This document shows positions 35,242 through 44,808 of a DNA stretch of 64,000 bases, piece after piece. The translations under genes and the position numbers were made by a program. The notes under the pieces were generated by a model. It was not told where the DNA came from. It worked only from the letters and a program-made list of their open reading frames with translations, and ran no database searches. This DNA is from Actinomycetota bacterium (lineage in GTDB: Bacteria; Actinomycetota; Acidimicrobiia; Acidimicrobiales; JACCXE01), in NCBI GenBank assembly GCA_048498715.1, contig JBEHXL010000006.1:45272-109271 (forward strand). Reading direction: 5' to 3'. Within the stretch, counting starts at the first letter, position 1. Every line of letters begins with the position of its first letter.

Positions 35242-35670
35242 CTACTGGCCTGCCGACTTGTCCAAAGAGCGGATCTGGGCGGCCATGCCCATCATCACCT
35301 TGTGGGCGATCTTGAAATCCTGCTCGCAGAGCGCCAGGAAGTCCCACGACTGGATGGCGATTGCCTTTACGTTGCCGGCGGCGGTGATGGTGCCGGTGCG
35401 CGGGCCTTTGTCGATCATGGCGATCTCGCCGAAGAAATCGCCGGGACCGAAGCTCTTCTTGGTCTTTCCGGCGAGCGACAGCTTCGCCTGGCCCTCGAGC
35501 ACCAGGAAGAACGGACCACCAGGTTGGCCTTCGCGCACGATGGCCTGGCCATCGGAATACACCTCTTCGCGACAGCCGGCGAGCACCGACTTCAGGTCGC
35601 GATCGCTCATCGACGAGAAGAGCGGAACGGCGCGCAGCGCCTTGAGCTGGTCGGACTTCTTGAACAGCAT
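35242..35670 (-). CDS. stand-alone cyclic-nucleotide-binding domain protein
   Basis: 142 aa. GDFFGEIAMIDKGPRTGTITA matches the cNMP-binding phosphate-binding cassette (FGE...R[ST]A). Confidence 0.8.
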   Translation of the reverse strand: MLFKKSDQLKALRAVPLFSSMSDRDLKSVLAGCREEVYSDGQAIVREGQPGGPFFLVLEGQAKLSLAGKTKKSFGPGDFFGEIAMIDKGPRTGTITAAGNVKAIAIQSWDFLALCEQDFKIAHKVMMGMAAQIRSLDKSAGQ

Positions 35671-35700
35671 GGTTTCTCCCCAGTGGATCCCCGAAAGGGG

Positions 35701-36444
35701 TCAGCTTAGGAGGTGCGCCTCCGCCGGTAACTGCTGCTGCTCGCTCTGCGGCGCAGGTGCCTTTTTCTTTACGGCAGCTTTCTTGGGTGCCGCGCCGTTG
35801 GCGTTCGCAGCAGCCTTCTTGGCAACGGGTGGCTTCTTCTCGGCCGGAGCCTCGGCCTTCTTTTCCGCCGGAGCTTCGGCCTTCTTTTCCGCCGGAGCCG
35901 CCGCCTTCTTCGAAGCGGGCTGCTGCTTCTTGGCCTGGGCCGGCTTCGGCTCGGTCTTCGACGGCGCCGCCTTGGGAACGGACTCGGCCTTCGGCGCGTC
36001 GGCGGGCTTTGGCGCATCGGTCGCCTTCGCCTCCGGCTGCTGGGGGCGCGCCGGCTTGGCTTGCTGATGGATGCCGGCCTTTGCCAGGACGTCGGCGTCG
36101 ACGCCCACCTGGCGCCAGGCCGAATATGTGATGTCGTGGCGGTCGCCGTACGAACGCGCGACGCGAATGAAGGCCTTCTCGAGATCGGTGAAATCGCCGC
36201 CGCCGCTCTGCTGCAGCCGCAGCTGCTCGGCGTGGAGGTCGATGCGCTCCTGGGTCAGATGCAGGCGCTGGACCGGATCGGCCGACAGCAACAACGTGTC
36301 GATCTGATGCATGCGGTGTTGGACCGATTCGACCGTCCGGGCCGCCGTACGTCCCGGCTTCCGCACGTCGAGCGCCGAGAGATACCGCCGAACGATGCGG
36401 GCCCGATCGTGGGAGCCGCCCTTCTCCTGAACTTCCGAAGCCAT
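35701..36444 (-). CDS. hypothetical protein with Lys/Ala/Pro-rich histone-H1-like C-terminal tail
   Basis: 247 aa. Globular ~125-aa N-terminal domain, then AKPARPQQPEAKATDAPKPADAPK...AEKKAEAPAEKKAEAPAEKK...KKAAVKKKAP. Confidence 0.7.
   Translation of the reverse strand: MASEVQEKGGSHDRARIVRRYLSALDVRKPGRTAARTVESVQHRMHQIDTLLLSADPVQRLHLTQERIDLHAEQLRLQQSGGGDFTDLEKAFIRVARSYGDRHDITYSAWRQVGVDADVLAKAGIHQQAKPARPQQPEAKATDAPKPADAPKAESVPKAAPSKTEPKPAQAKKQQPASKKAAAPAEKKAEAPAEKKAEAPAEKKPPVAKKAAANANGAAPKKAAVKKKAPAPQSEQQQLPAEAHLLS
35830..35901. repeat. three tandem 24-bp units inside the H1-like tail
   Basis: Units at 35830, 35854 and 35878. Units 2 and 3 match 22/24, unit 1 matches 19/24. They encode the (A/P)EKKAEAP repeats. 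Confidence 0.8.
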
Positions 36445-36466
36445 CTGTCGACCCTAACCTGAGGAC

Positions 36467-36859
36467 ATGGATTCGCGCACCGACGAAGAGTGGAAGGAAG
36501 CCCTCACCCCGGAGGAGTACGTCGTGCTTCGCCAGCAGGGCACGGAACGCGCCTTTACCGGTGAGTACTGGAACGAATGGCGTGACGGTGAATACGTCTG
36601 CCGGGGTTGCGGCGCCAAGCTGTTCGACTCGGTCACCAAGTTCGACGCGGGCTGTGGTTGGCCGAGTTTCGACGCCGCCGCGTCGCCGGACGCGGTTCGC
36701 CTGCTCGAGGACCATTCCCACGGCATGACTCGGGTCGAAGTGCGCTGCGCGAACTGCGACGGGCACCTCGGCCACATCTTTCCGGACGGTCCCACCGAGA
36801 CCGGCGACCGCTACTGCATGAACTCCGTTTCCATCCGACTGATACCGACGGAATCGTAA
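36467..36859 (+). CDS. msrB: peptide-methionine (R)-S-oxide reductase
   Basis: 130 aa. CRGCGAKLF, GCGWPSF, CANCDGHLGHIF and RYCMNS motifs. Confidence 0.9.
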   Translation: MDSRTDEEWKEALTPEEYVVLRQQGTERAFTGEYWNEWRDGEYVCRGCGAKLFDSVTKFDAGCGWPSFDAAASPDAVRLLEDHSHGMTRVEVRCANCDGHLGHIFPDGPTETGDRYCMNSVSIRLIPTES

Positions 36860-36909
36860 AGCCGTAGGCCGCGGTTGGCATTCGCGCTCACCGTGGTACA
36901 GATTGGTTT

Positions 36910-36932
36910 GTCACATGTGACCTAAGTCACAT
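36910..36932. promoter_or_regulatory. AT-rich operator-like palindrome plus half-site repeat
   Basis: GTCACATGTGAC (perfect 12-bp palindrome, 36910-36921) followed by GTCACAT at 36926-36932. Lies 40-60 nt upstream of ATG 36972. Confidence 0.45.
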
Positions 36933-36971
36933 AAGTCTCACTAGCTCAAGCCAAACCGGGGGGTTATTTGC

Positions 36972-38363
36972 ATGAAGGGCAACCCCAAGCCCTTTCGACG
37001 GACAGCAATCGCAGCCGGCGCAGTCGTCGCGGCTCTGATCGCGTCGTCCATCGCTCCGAACAGCTCCGCCGAGGCCGGCGAAGCCGCCACGCCCGACACC
37101 GCAGGTACGGCTTCGGCCACGGCGACGTCGTTCAAGGTCAACCCGACGACGGCGTCGCTGTCGATCGGCGTCACGTTCGGTATTTCACTCGCCGGCTACA
37201 CCAACAAGGTCTCCCAGGCAGAGTCCCGCGGCCTCGACCTCGGCATCATCGGCACCACGCTCGCCGGTGAGGGCTGCGACGGCGGCGACCCCACCCTCCC
37301 GGCCGACAAGCAGCCCCAGCCGCTGCGCGCCGATTCGCGTGACAAGGACGCTTCGACGACGAAATCGGAGACGGAGAGCATCTCCGGCGTGCCGATCGGT
37401 GCGATCGAGAAGCAGGTCCGCGCCGACGCGAGCCCGTACAGCCAGTCCGACACGACGACGGCCGGCCTCACGGGAACGGGCGCGTTCCTCAGCATCGGCA
37501 CGGCGCATTCGCAGGCCGTGACCCACCTCGTCAACGGCACGCGCGAAGCGGTCGCCACCGTTGACATCGGCAGTGTGGGCATCGCGGGCGTCATCGAGCT
37601 GGCCGGCCTGCACTGGGTGGCCAAGGCGCAGTCCGGCACCGTCGACAAGAACGACGGCAGCTTCACCATCGGTTCGCTGAAGGTGCTCGGCCAGTCCATC
37701 CCGTCGAACGACGCGCTGAAGGCGATCGAGAACGCCAATGTGCTGCTCCAGCAGCTCGGTATTCAGGTCATCTACCCGAAGTCGCACGTCAGCGCCGGCA
37801 TCTTGTTCGTGGATCCGCTCGTGATTCGGGTGATCCCGTCCAAGTCCCGCGACACGATCAGCCAGACGGTGCTCGGCCTCATCCAGCCCGTCCGTCAGGG
37901 CCTCTACGACGCCCTGCTCAAGCAGGACTGCAGCAACGCGACCTACATCACCGTCAGCGACATCGCGATCGGCTCCCTCACCGGCGCCGGCTCGTTCTCG
38001 CTCGAGCTCGGCGGCGCCAACGCCACGGCCGCGGCGCTCAAGACGACGAGCTTCCTCGATTTCAACCAGTCCCTGGGTTCCGGGGGCTCGAATTCGCTGG
38101 GCGACGGTTCGTCGTTCGGCAACCTCGACACGGGGAGCCCGTCACTGGGGCTCGCTCCGTCGAACACCGCTGGGAGCAAGAGCGGGGTCACCAACAACAA
38201 CGGTTCACGTCAGGCCGAGCCCATCGCCAGCGTGACCAAGGGATCCCGCGGGGGCAGGATGGCGCTGGTCGGACTTCTCGGTCTGGTCGTTCTCGCCATC
38301 GTCGCTGACCGTGACCGCAGGCTCATGCGGCGCGCACAACGTTCCATCGTCTCGGAGGCCTAA
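36972..38363 (+). CDS. secreted hypothetical protein with C-terminal membrane anchor
   Basis: 463 aa. Signal RRTAIAAGAVVAALIASSIAPNSSAEA. C-terminal MALVGLLGLVVLAIVA then DRDRRLMRRAQR. No motif recognised. Confidence 0.65.
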   Translation: MKGNPKPFRRTAIAAGAVVAALIASSIAPNSSAEAGEAATPDTAGTASATATSFKVNPTTASLSIGVTFGISLAGYTNKVSQAESRGLDLGIIGTTLAGEGCDGGDPTLPADKQPQPLRADSRDKDASTTKSETESISGVPIGAIEKQVRADASPYSQSDTTTAGLTGTGAFLSIGTAHSQAVTHLVNGTREAVATVDIGSVGIAGVIELAGLHWVAKAQSGTVDKNDGSFTIGSLKVLGQSIPSNDALKAIENANVLLQQLGIQVIYPKSHVSAGILFVDPLVIRVIPSKSRDTISQTVLGLIQPVRQGLYDALLKQDCSNATYITVSDIAIGSLTGAGSFSLELGGANATAAALKTTSFLDFNQSLGSGGSNSLGDGSSFGNLDTGSPSLGLAPSNTAGSKSGVTNNNGSRQAEPIASVTKGSRGGRMALVGLLGLVVLAIVADRDRRLMRRAQRSIVSEA

Positions 38364-38368
38364 TTCAC

Positions 38369-40033
38369 ATGGCAGTCAATGAGGGCCGCGCGCCGCGTGG
38401 CTCCTTCCAAGTAAATCAACGCGTCCTACGCGGCTACGGCCCGCTCGCGTTGCTTGTCGTCTTGATGATCATCATGGCGACGCTGGTGCCGTCGAAGCCC
38501 CAGACGATCAAGAACGTCACGGCCACCGGCGACAACAGCTCGCTCGGCACCGACAGCGGCGACGGCAGCGGCACGGACAGCGCCGCAGGGGAATCTGCCG
38601 GCGACGGCGCCGTCGCGTCCGGCGGCGGCACCTCGACGGGCGGCAAGCCCATCGACGCGCCCAAGGCCATCGTCGGTCAGCAGCAGGTCAACGGCGACCC
38701 CTATTCGCCCCCGGCCTTCTCCTTCAGCGGCAACAACGGCGGTGCCACGTCGCGTGGCGTCACCGCCGACAAGATCAAGGTCTCGTACCGCTCACTCAAC
38801 GAGAAGGGCTTCCAGCAGACCCTCGCCCAGCTCGCCGGTGCGTCGCTCAGCGACACGCCCGACACCATCAAGCGCACGGTCGTCGCGATGGCCGAGTACT
38901 TCTCGAAGCACTACCAGTTCTACGGCCGCCAGATGGAGATCGACTTCTACAACGGCGTCGGCTCCAACACGACCGAGCTGCTCGGCGGTGGCCGCGACAA
39001 GGCCGAAGCCGACGCCGAAACCGCCAAGGGCCTCGGCGTGTTCGCCGACATGTCCGCCACGTCCGAGCCGTACGCCGACGCCCTGGCCCGTCGCGGCATC
39101 ATCGGCATGGGTGACCCGTACCTGTCGACCCCCTGGCACGACCGCCACTCGCCCTACATCTGGAGCCTCGCGGTGGACGGCACGACCGTCGCCAAGCTCG
39201 CCGCCGAGTACTCGCTCAAGCGCCTCTACGGCCCGGGCGGCGCAGTGAAGCCGGCCAAGTATGCGGGTGGCGCGCTGAAGGACAAGCCTCGCAAGCTCGC
39301 CTCGATGGCGCCCGAGAACTCCTGGTACCAGGAGTCGGTGCAGATCGCCAAGGGCGACCTGGAGAAGGGCGGCGTGAAGGTCGCCGACAACATCCAGTAC
39401 CAGCTCGACCTCGGCACCATGTCGAATCAGGCCAACAACCTCGTGCCCAAGCTCAAGAGCGAAGGCATTACCACGATCCTGTGTGGTTGCGACCCGGTCT
39501 TCCCCGTGTTCCTCACCGGCGCCATGAACCGTGAGCAGTACTTCCCGGAGATCATCATCACCGGTACGGCGCTCACCGACGCCGACATCGTCGGCCAGCT
39601 CTTCGACCAGGAAGCCGCCAAGCACATGTTCGGCGTCTCCGCTCTCGAAGCGCCGGTCCCGCCGACCCAGACCATCGCCTACGAGGCGTTCAAGTCGGTG
39701 CGCCCGAACGACGAGCCCGCGTTCTCCGTCGACCTGATCTACTTCCAGATGCAGATGCTGGCCATCGGCATCCAGATGGCGGGTCCCGACCTGACGCCGG
39801 CGAACTTCCAGAAGGGCATGTTCGCCTACCCGGCCAAGCTCGGACCGGTCGGTCGCTGGGGCTTCGCGCCGCATGACTACACCGCAGCGGACGACGTGCG
39901 CGAGATCTACTGGGACCCGGCGGCCACGTCGACGTACAACGGCAAACAGGGTGCCTACATCGACCCGCAGAAGGGCACCCGCTGGCTGCCGGGCGCGATC
40001 CCGGCCGGTGAACCGAACATCCCGGTTCGGTGA
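38369..40033 (+). CDS. ABC transporter substrate-binding protein (Leu/Ile/Val-binding-protein-like)
   Basis: 554 aa. N-terminal anchor LALLVVLMIIMATLV and a Gly/Ser linker. The type-1 periplasmic-binding assignment is inferred mainly from the Liv-type permease/ATPase context. Confidence 0.65.
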   Translation: MAVNEGRAPRGSFQVNQRVLRGYGPLALLVVLMIIMATLVPSKPQTIKNVTATGDNSSLGTDSGDGSGTDSAAGESAGDGAVASGGGTSTGGKPIDAPKAIVGQQQVNGDPYSPPAFSFSGNNGGATSRGVTADKIKVSYRSLNEKGFQQTLAQLAGASLSDTPDTIKRTVVAMAEYFSKHYQFYGRQMEIDFYNGVGSNTTELLGGGRDKAEADAETAKGLGVFADMSATSEPYADALARRGIIGMGDPYLSTPWHDRHSPYIWSLAVDGTTVAKLAAEYSLKRLYGPGGAVKPAKYAGGALKDKPRKLASMAPENSWYQESVQIAKGDLEKGGVKVADNIQYQLDLGTMSNQANNLVPKLKSEGITTILCGCDPVFPVFLTGAMNREQYFPEIIITGTALTDADIVGQLFDQEAAKHMFGVSALEAPVPPTQTIAYEAFKSVRPNDEPAFSVDLIYFQMQMLAIGIQMAGPDLTPANFQKGMFAYPAKLGPVGRWGFAPHDYTAADDVREIYWDPAATSTYNGKQGAYIDPQKGTRWLPGAIPAGEPNIPVR

Positions 40034-42228
40034 CCGCCGCCCTCGCGCCGGTTCGGCGCCAATACGAACGCATCCCTGAGAACCGTCGCGGCCTCGCCGT
40101 CGTCGGCGGCATCGTCCTGCTGTACGTGCTCGGACTGCTGTTGCCGGGCACGGGGAGCTTCCTCGACGACAAGATGCCCTACGAGGTCGTCGTCATCGGC
40201 CTCATCACCGGCACGGTCACGTCGCTGCTCGCGATCGGACTGATCCTGCTGTACCGGTCGAACCGGTTCATCAACTTCGCCTACGGCTCGATGGGCTCGA
40301 TGGTCGGCGTCATGGCCATCGCGCTCTACAAGGAACACCACTGGTCGTACTGGGTGATCCTGCCGCTCGCCGTCGTCGGCGGCATGGTCAACGGTGCGTT
40401 GGTCGAACTGCTGGTGATCCGCCGGTTCGCCAACAGCTCCCGCTTGATCCTGACCGTCGCTTCGATCGGTCTCGCGCAGTTGCTCGGCGGCATCGAGTTC
40501 ATCGGCGCCAAGGCGCTGGGCTTCCTCTCGCTGAGCGGTGGCTTCTCGGTCCCGTTGCGGTCCATCAGCTTCGACCTCGGCAACAAGACCCTCGGCGGCG
40601 ACGAGATCTTCATCATGATCGTCGTGCCGTTCGTCATCCTCGGCCTCAGCTACTTCCTGTTGCGGACCGATGCCGGCGTCGCCATCCGCGCGGCGGCCGA
40701 GAACTCGGATCGCGCCCTGCTGCTCGGCATTCCGGTGCGTCGTCTCGCGACGATCGTGTGGGCGATCGCCGGTGGCCTCTCGGCGCTCACCTTCATCCTC
40801 AAGGCGCCGTTCTCGGGCGTCGTTCCCGGCGTCGCCAACGGACCCACGGTGTTGTTGCCCGGCCTTGCGGCCGCGGTCGTTGCCCGCATGGAGTCGTTGC
40901 CCGTCGCGTTCGCGGCGGGCCTCGGCCTCGGCATCGCCGAGCAGACGGTGCGGTGGAACTCGACGGGTTCGCCGTCGTTCGTCAACGTTGCCTACTTCGT
41001 GGTCATCCTCGGCTCGCTGCTGTTGCAACGCGGCAAGCTGTCCCGGGCGAAGGACAACGAGTCCTCGTCGTGGTCGGCCGCCGCCGTGGTGAAGCCGGTG
41101 CCGGCCGAACTGCGCGGGCTACCGGAGGTCCGCGGCGTCAAGATCCTGATCATCGCCATCATCGGCGCCCTGTTCATCTGGATCCCGCAGGGTTGGTCGT
41201 CGAGCCAGCAGTTGCTCGCCGCGTTCGCCATGGTCTGGGCGATGGTCGCCGTCTCGCTCGTCGTGTTGACGGGTTGGGGCGGCCACATATCCCTCGGCCA
41301 ATTCGGTCTCGTCGGCGTCGGCGGCATCGTCGCGGCGAACGTCATCACGAAGATGCACGGCGACTTCTTCCTGGCGATCTTCCTTGCGGGCGTCGCGGGT
41401 GCGCTCGGAGCGCTCCTCGTCGGCTTGCCCGCGCTGCGGATCAAGGGCTTGTTCCTTGCCGTGACCACGTTGGCGTTCGCAATCATGCTCGACGCGTATT
41501 TCTTCAACACCAACCGGTTCGGCAGCATCCTGCCCAACGACGTTCGTCGCCCGTTGCTGTTCCAGCGCTTCGACCTGGAGCAGAACTACGACATGTATCT
41601 CGTCTGCTTGGCGTTCCTCGGTCTTGCGATCCTCGCGGCCATCGGCGTGCGCAAGGCGCGCGCCGGACGCGTCGTCATCGCAACGCGTGACAACCAGCGC
41701 GCGGCCGACGCCGCGGCGGTGAACACCACGATGGTGAAGCTGTCGGCGTTCTTGCTCGCCGGTTCCATCGCAGGCGTCGCCGGCGGCCTGCACGTGCAGA
41801 TTCAGCATGCGCTCGCGCAGAACACGTACAGCCCGATCGACTCGATCACCGTGTTCTCCACTGCGGTCATCGGTGGCCTCGGCTCGCTCAGCGGCGCCAT
41901 CTCCGGCGTGTTGCTGTTCCGCTGGCTCGAGACGATCACCGCGCTCGGCGACTACCGCCTGTTGCTCACCGGAACCGGTCTACTCGTCGTGCTCTACGCG
42001 CTGCCGGGCGGGTTCGGTCAGCTGTTCATCACGATTCGCGACAAGTACCTGCGTTGGGTGGCGAACCGCCACGACATCATCGTGCCGTCGCTCGTCGCCG
42101 ACAAACGCGGCCAGGAGAACAGCGTCGGGTTGCTGCAAGGGGCGTTGACCGACGAGGTCGACGAAGACGCCGCGCTCGAGATTCTCGGCGGCGAAGAACT
42201 GGTCGAGGCGGTGCACTCCAATGCCTAA
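40030..42228 (+). CDS. fused branched-chain-amino-acid-type ABC permease (LivH-like + LivM-like halves)
   Basis: 732 aa, about 18 hydrophobic helices in two permease-like halves. 4-nt overlap with the binding-protein gene. Confidence 0.75.
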   Translation: MTAALAPVRRQYERIPENRRGLAVVGGIVLLYVLGLLLPGTGSFLDDKMPYEVVVIGLITGTVTSLLAIGLILLYRSNRFINFAYGSMGSMVGVMAIALYKEHHWSYWVILPLAVVGGMVNGALVELLVIRRFANSSRLILTVASIGLAQLLGGIEFIGAKALGFLSLSGGFSVPLRSISFDLGNKTLGGDEIFIMIVVPFVILGLSYFLLRTDAGVAIRAAAENSDRALLLGIPVRRLATIVWAIAGGLSALTFILKAPFSGVVPGVANGPTVLLPGLAAAVVARMESLPVAFAAGLGLGIAEQTVRWNSTGSPSFVNVAYFVVILGSLLLQRGKLSRAKDNESSSWSAAAVVKPVPAELRGLPEVRGVKILIIAIIGALFIWIPQGWSSSQQLLAAFAMVWAMVAVSLVVLTGWGGHISLGQFGLVGVGGIVAANVITKMHGDFFLAIFLAGVAGALGALLVGLPALRIKGLFLAVTTLAFAIMLDAYFFNTNRFGSILPNDVRRPLLFQRFDLEQNYDMYLVCLAFLGLAILAAIGVRKARAGRVVIATRDNQRAADAAAVNTTMVKLSAFLLAGSIAGVAGGLHVQIQHALAQNTYSPIDSITVFSTAVIGGLGSLSGAISGVLLFRWLETITALGDYRLLLTGTGLLVVLYALPGGFGQLFITIRDKYLRWVANRHDIIVPSLVADKRGQENSVGLLQGALTDEVDEDAALEILGGEELVEAVHSNA

Positions 42229-43933
42229 GCAGCAGCACGCAACCAACACGATCGACGGACCGCTCAACGACGACGGCGCCCTGCTCACCTGCACGGGCAT
42301 CGACATGGCGTACGGGCCGGTGCAGATCCTGTTCGACGTCGACTTCCAGATTCAGGAGCACGAGATCGTTGCGCTCCTCGGCACCAACGGTGCCGGCAAG
42401 TCGACGCTGCTCAAGGGCATCTGTGGTCTTGTGAAGCCCGCCGCCGGCACCGTGCGGTTCGCCGGCGAGGACATCACGTCGTTGTCGGCCGACCTCACCA
42501 CGCACCGCGGCATCTCGCTGATGCCCGGCGGCAAGGGCGTGTTCCCGACCCTGTCGGTCACCGAGAACCTGCGCCTCGCGGCGTGGATGATCCGCGACGA
42601 CCAGGAGCGCGTCGAGCTCGCCAAGAAGGAAGTGCAGACGCTGTTCCCGATCCTCGAGCGTCGCGCGTCACAGCTCGCGGGCGACCTCTCCGGCGGCGAG
42701 CAGCAGATGCTCGCCCTCGGCGCGGCGCTGATGACCCAGCCGCGCCTGCTGATGATCGACGAGTTGTCGCTCGGCCTCGCGCCGACGATCGTCGGTCAGC
42801 TCCTCGAGGTCGTGAAGGAGATCCACGCTCGCGGCACGACGATCGTTCTCGTCGAACAGTCGGTCAACGTCGCGCTGAATCTCGCGGAACGCGCCGTTTT
42901 CATGGAGAAGGGCGAGGTCCGGTTCGAAGGCCCCACGGCCGACCTTCTCGACCGTCCCGACGTGCTGCGTTCCGTCTTCATCGCCGGCGCGTCGGCCATG
43001 GCTGACGATGGTGCGGCCACCAAGTCGAAGGCGAAGGCCAAGACCGCGGAGAAGCGTGAGGCGCCGGGCGAAGACGCTCCCGTGCTGCTCGAGACGCTGG
43101 CGCTGCTCAAACGCTTCGGCGGCATCACGGCGGTCGACGACGTCGACCTGCAACTGCGCAAGGGCGAGATCCTCGGCCTGATCGGTCACAACGGCGCCGG
43201 CAAGACGACGCTGATGGACTGCATCTCCGGTTTCAACGAGATCGACGGTGGTCGCATCTTCCTGCAGGGCACCGACGTCACCGATTTCGCTCCGTACGAG
43301 CGTGCGCTCGGCGGCCTCGGCCGTTCGTTCCAGGACGCGCTGCTCTTCCCGTCGCTGACCGTTGCCGAGACGATCTCCGTTGCGCTCGAGCGGCACATGG
43401 AGTCCAAGGACCTCATCGCCGCCGCGTTCCAGCTGCCGGCGTCGTACGAGTCTGAGATCGCCGTGTCCGAGAAGGTCGAAGAACTCATCGAACTGATGGG
43501 TCTCGGTGCGTTCCGCGAAAAGCTCACGGGCGAGTTGTCGACCGGTTCACGCCGCATCGTCGACCTCGCGTGCATCCTGGCCCAGGAGCCGAGCGTCCTG
43601 ATGCTCGACGAACCCTCGGGTGGTGTCGCGCAGAAGGAAACCGAAGCATTGGCCCCACTGCTCATGCGGGTGCGCGATCACACGGGCTGTTCGATCCTCG
43701 TGATCGAGCACGACATGCCGCTGCTGCGCACGATCTGTGACCGCATGGTCGCGTTGGAGCTTGGCGGCGTGATCGCCGAGGGCACACCCGACTACGTGCT
43801 CGAGCACCCCAAGGTGATCGAGAGCTACCTCGGTACCGACGAGACCGCGATCAACCGCTCCGGCGCAGCGGGGGCCAAGAAGAAGGCGCCGACCAAGCGA
43901 GCCGTCAAGAAGAAGGCCGCTGCTTCGCGCTAG
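42221..43933 (+). CDS. fused double ABC ATPase (LivG-like + LivF-like)
   Basis: 570 aa. Two Walker A sites (GTNGAGKST, GHNGAGKTT), two signatures (LSGGEQQ, LSTGSRR) and a lysine-rich tail. Confidence 0.85.
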   Translation: MPKQQHATNTIDGPLNDDGALLTCTGIDMAYGPVQILFDVDFQIQEHEIVALLGTNGAGKSTLLKGICGLVKPAAGTVRFAGEDITSLSADLTTHRGISLMPGGKGVFPTLSVTENLRLAAWMIRDDQERVELAKKEVQTLFPILERRASQLAGDLSGGEQQMLALGAALMTQPRLLMIDELSLGLAPTIVGQLLEVVKEIHARGTTIVLVEQSVNVALNLAERAVFMEKGEVRFEGPTADLLDRPDVLRSVFIAGASAMADDGAATKSKAKAKTAEKREAPGEDAPVLLETLALLKRFGGITAVDDVDLQLRKGEILGLIGHNGAGKTTLMDCISGFNEIDGGRIFLQGTDVTDFAPYERALGGLGRSFQDALLFPSLTVAETISVALERHMESKDLIAAAFQLPASYESEIAVSEKVEELIELMGLGAFREKLTGELSTGSRRIVDLACILAQEPSVLMLDEPSGGVAQKETEALAPLLMRVRDHTGCSILVIEHDMPLLRTICDRMVALELGGVIAEGTPDYVLEHPKVIESYLGTDETAINRSGAAGAKKKAPTKRAVKKKAAASR

Positions 43934-44808
43934 CGGTGGACGTTGACGCGAATCTCGATCGAGTTGTAACTCGCGTACGGGTTCGCGTCGGGGCTCTCGG
44001 GCGGCGACCACGCATTCACATCGATGATCCACTCACCCGGGTCGTCGTAGACGTGGATGAAGGTCGGTGTCACCTTCCCCGGCTTTTCCTTCGGCGTCGG
44101 CTTGGGTTCCGCGGGCGGCGCGATCACGGCGTCGCGGCACTCTGACGCGCCATTGGAGTTCCAACTCACGAACACGTCGCATGCGCCACTGCCGATCTCG
44201 GCGTCCTTGTCCTGCGCGAGCACGTAGAGCTTGAGCGTCTGGCCGACTTTGGGCGTGTCGTCGTCGACGCAGATGACGAGGTCGAGCGGATCGTTCTTCT
44301 CCGGCTTGGTCTGCCAGTAGTCGGACCAGTCGGGTTGCGGGTCCGCCGGCAACGCCGGCGTGGTCTTGGCGCACACGAGTTTCGTCTCGGTCTCCGGGAA
44401 CTCCGGCGGCGGCGCGATCGTGGTGGTCGTCGTGCGCGGCGTCGATCGACGAGTCGTGGTCGTACGCAACGCCGTCGTTGTCGGCACGATGGCCGCTTGC
44501 GTCGTCGGCACCACGATCGGCCCACCGGATCGCTGCGTCGTCGTGGTCGTGTCCGACGCATCGATGAGGTTCGGGTCGTCCTTCTTGTTGAACGCCACGA
44601 CGACACCCGCGACCAACAGCACCGCGGCGAGCACCGCGGCGGCGAGGATCTGGAGGCGGCGTCGCTGCTGCGGTTCGATGGGCGCAACGGTAGCGTCGGG
44701 GCCGATGGCAACGACTGTCGCGAAAGTCCTCGAGAAGGTCCGGGCGCTGTGCCTCGACCTGCCGGAAGTCAACGAGCGGGCAAGCCACGGCGCTCCGACC
44801 TGGTTCAT
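43930..44808 (-). CDS. membrane-anchored extracytoplasmic protein with Thr/Pro linker
   Basis: TM LQILAAAVLAAVLLVAGVVVAF, a T-rich linker and a Cys-containing C-terminal domain. The start is uncertain: ATG 44808 would overlap the divergent gene. Confidence 0.5.
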   Translation of the reverse strand: MNQVGAPWLARSLTSGRSRHSARTFSRTFATVVAIGPDATVAPIEPQQRRRLQILAAAVLAAVLLVAGVVVAFNKKDDPNLIDASDTTTTTQRSGGPIVVPTTQAAIVPTTTALRTTTTRRSTPRTTTTTIAPPPEFPETETKLVCAKTTPALPADPQPDWSDYWQTKPEKNDPLDLVICVDDDTPKVGQTLKLYVLAQDKDAEIGSGACDVFVSWNSNGASECRDAVIAPPAEPKPTPKEKPGKVTPTFIHVYDDPGEWIIDVNAWSPPESPDANPYASYNSIEIRVNVHR

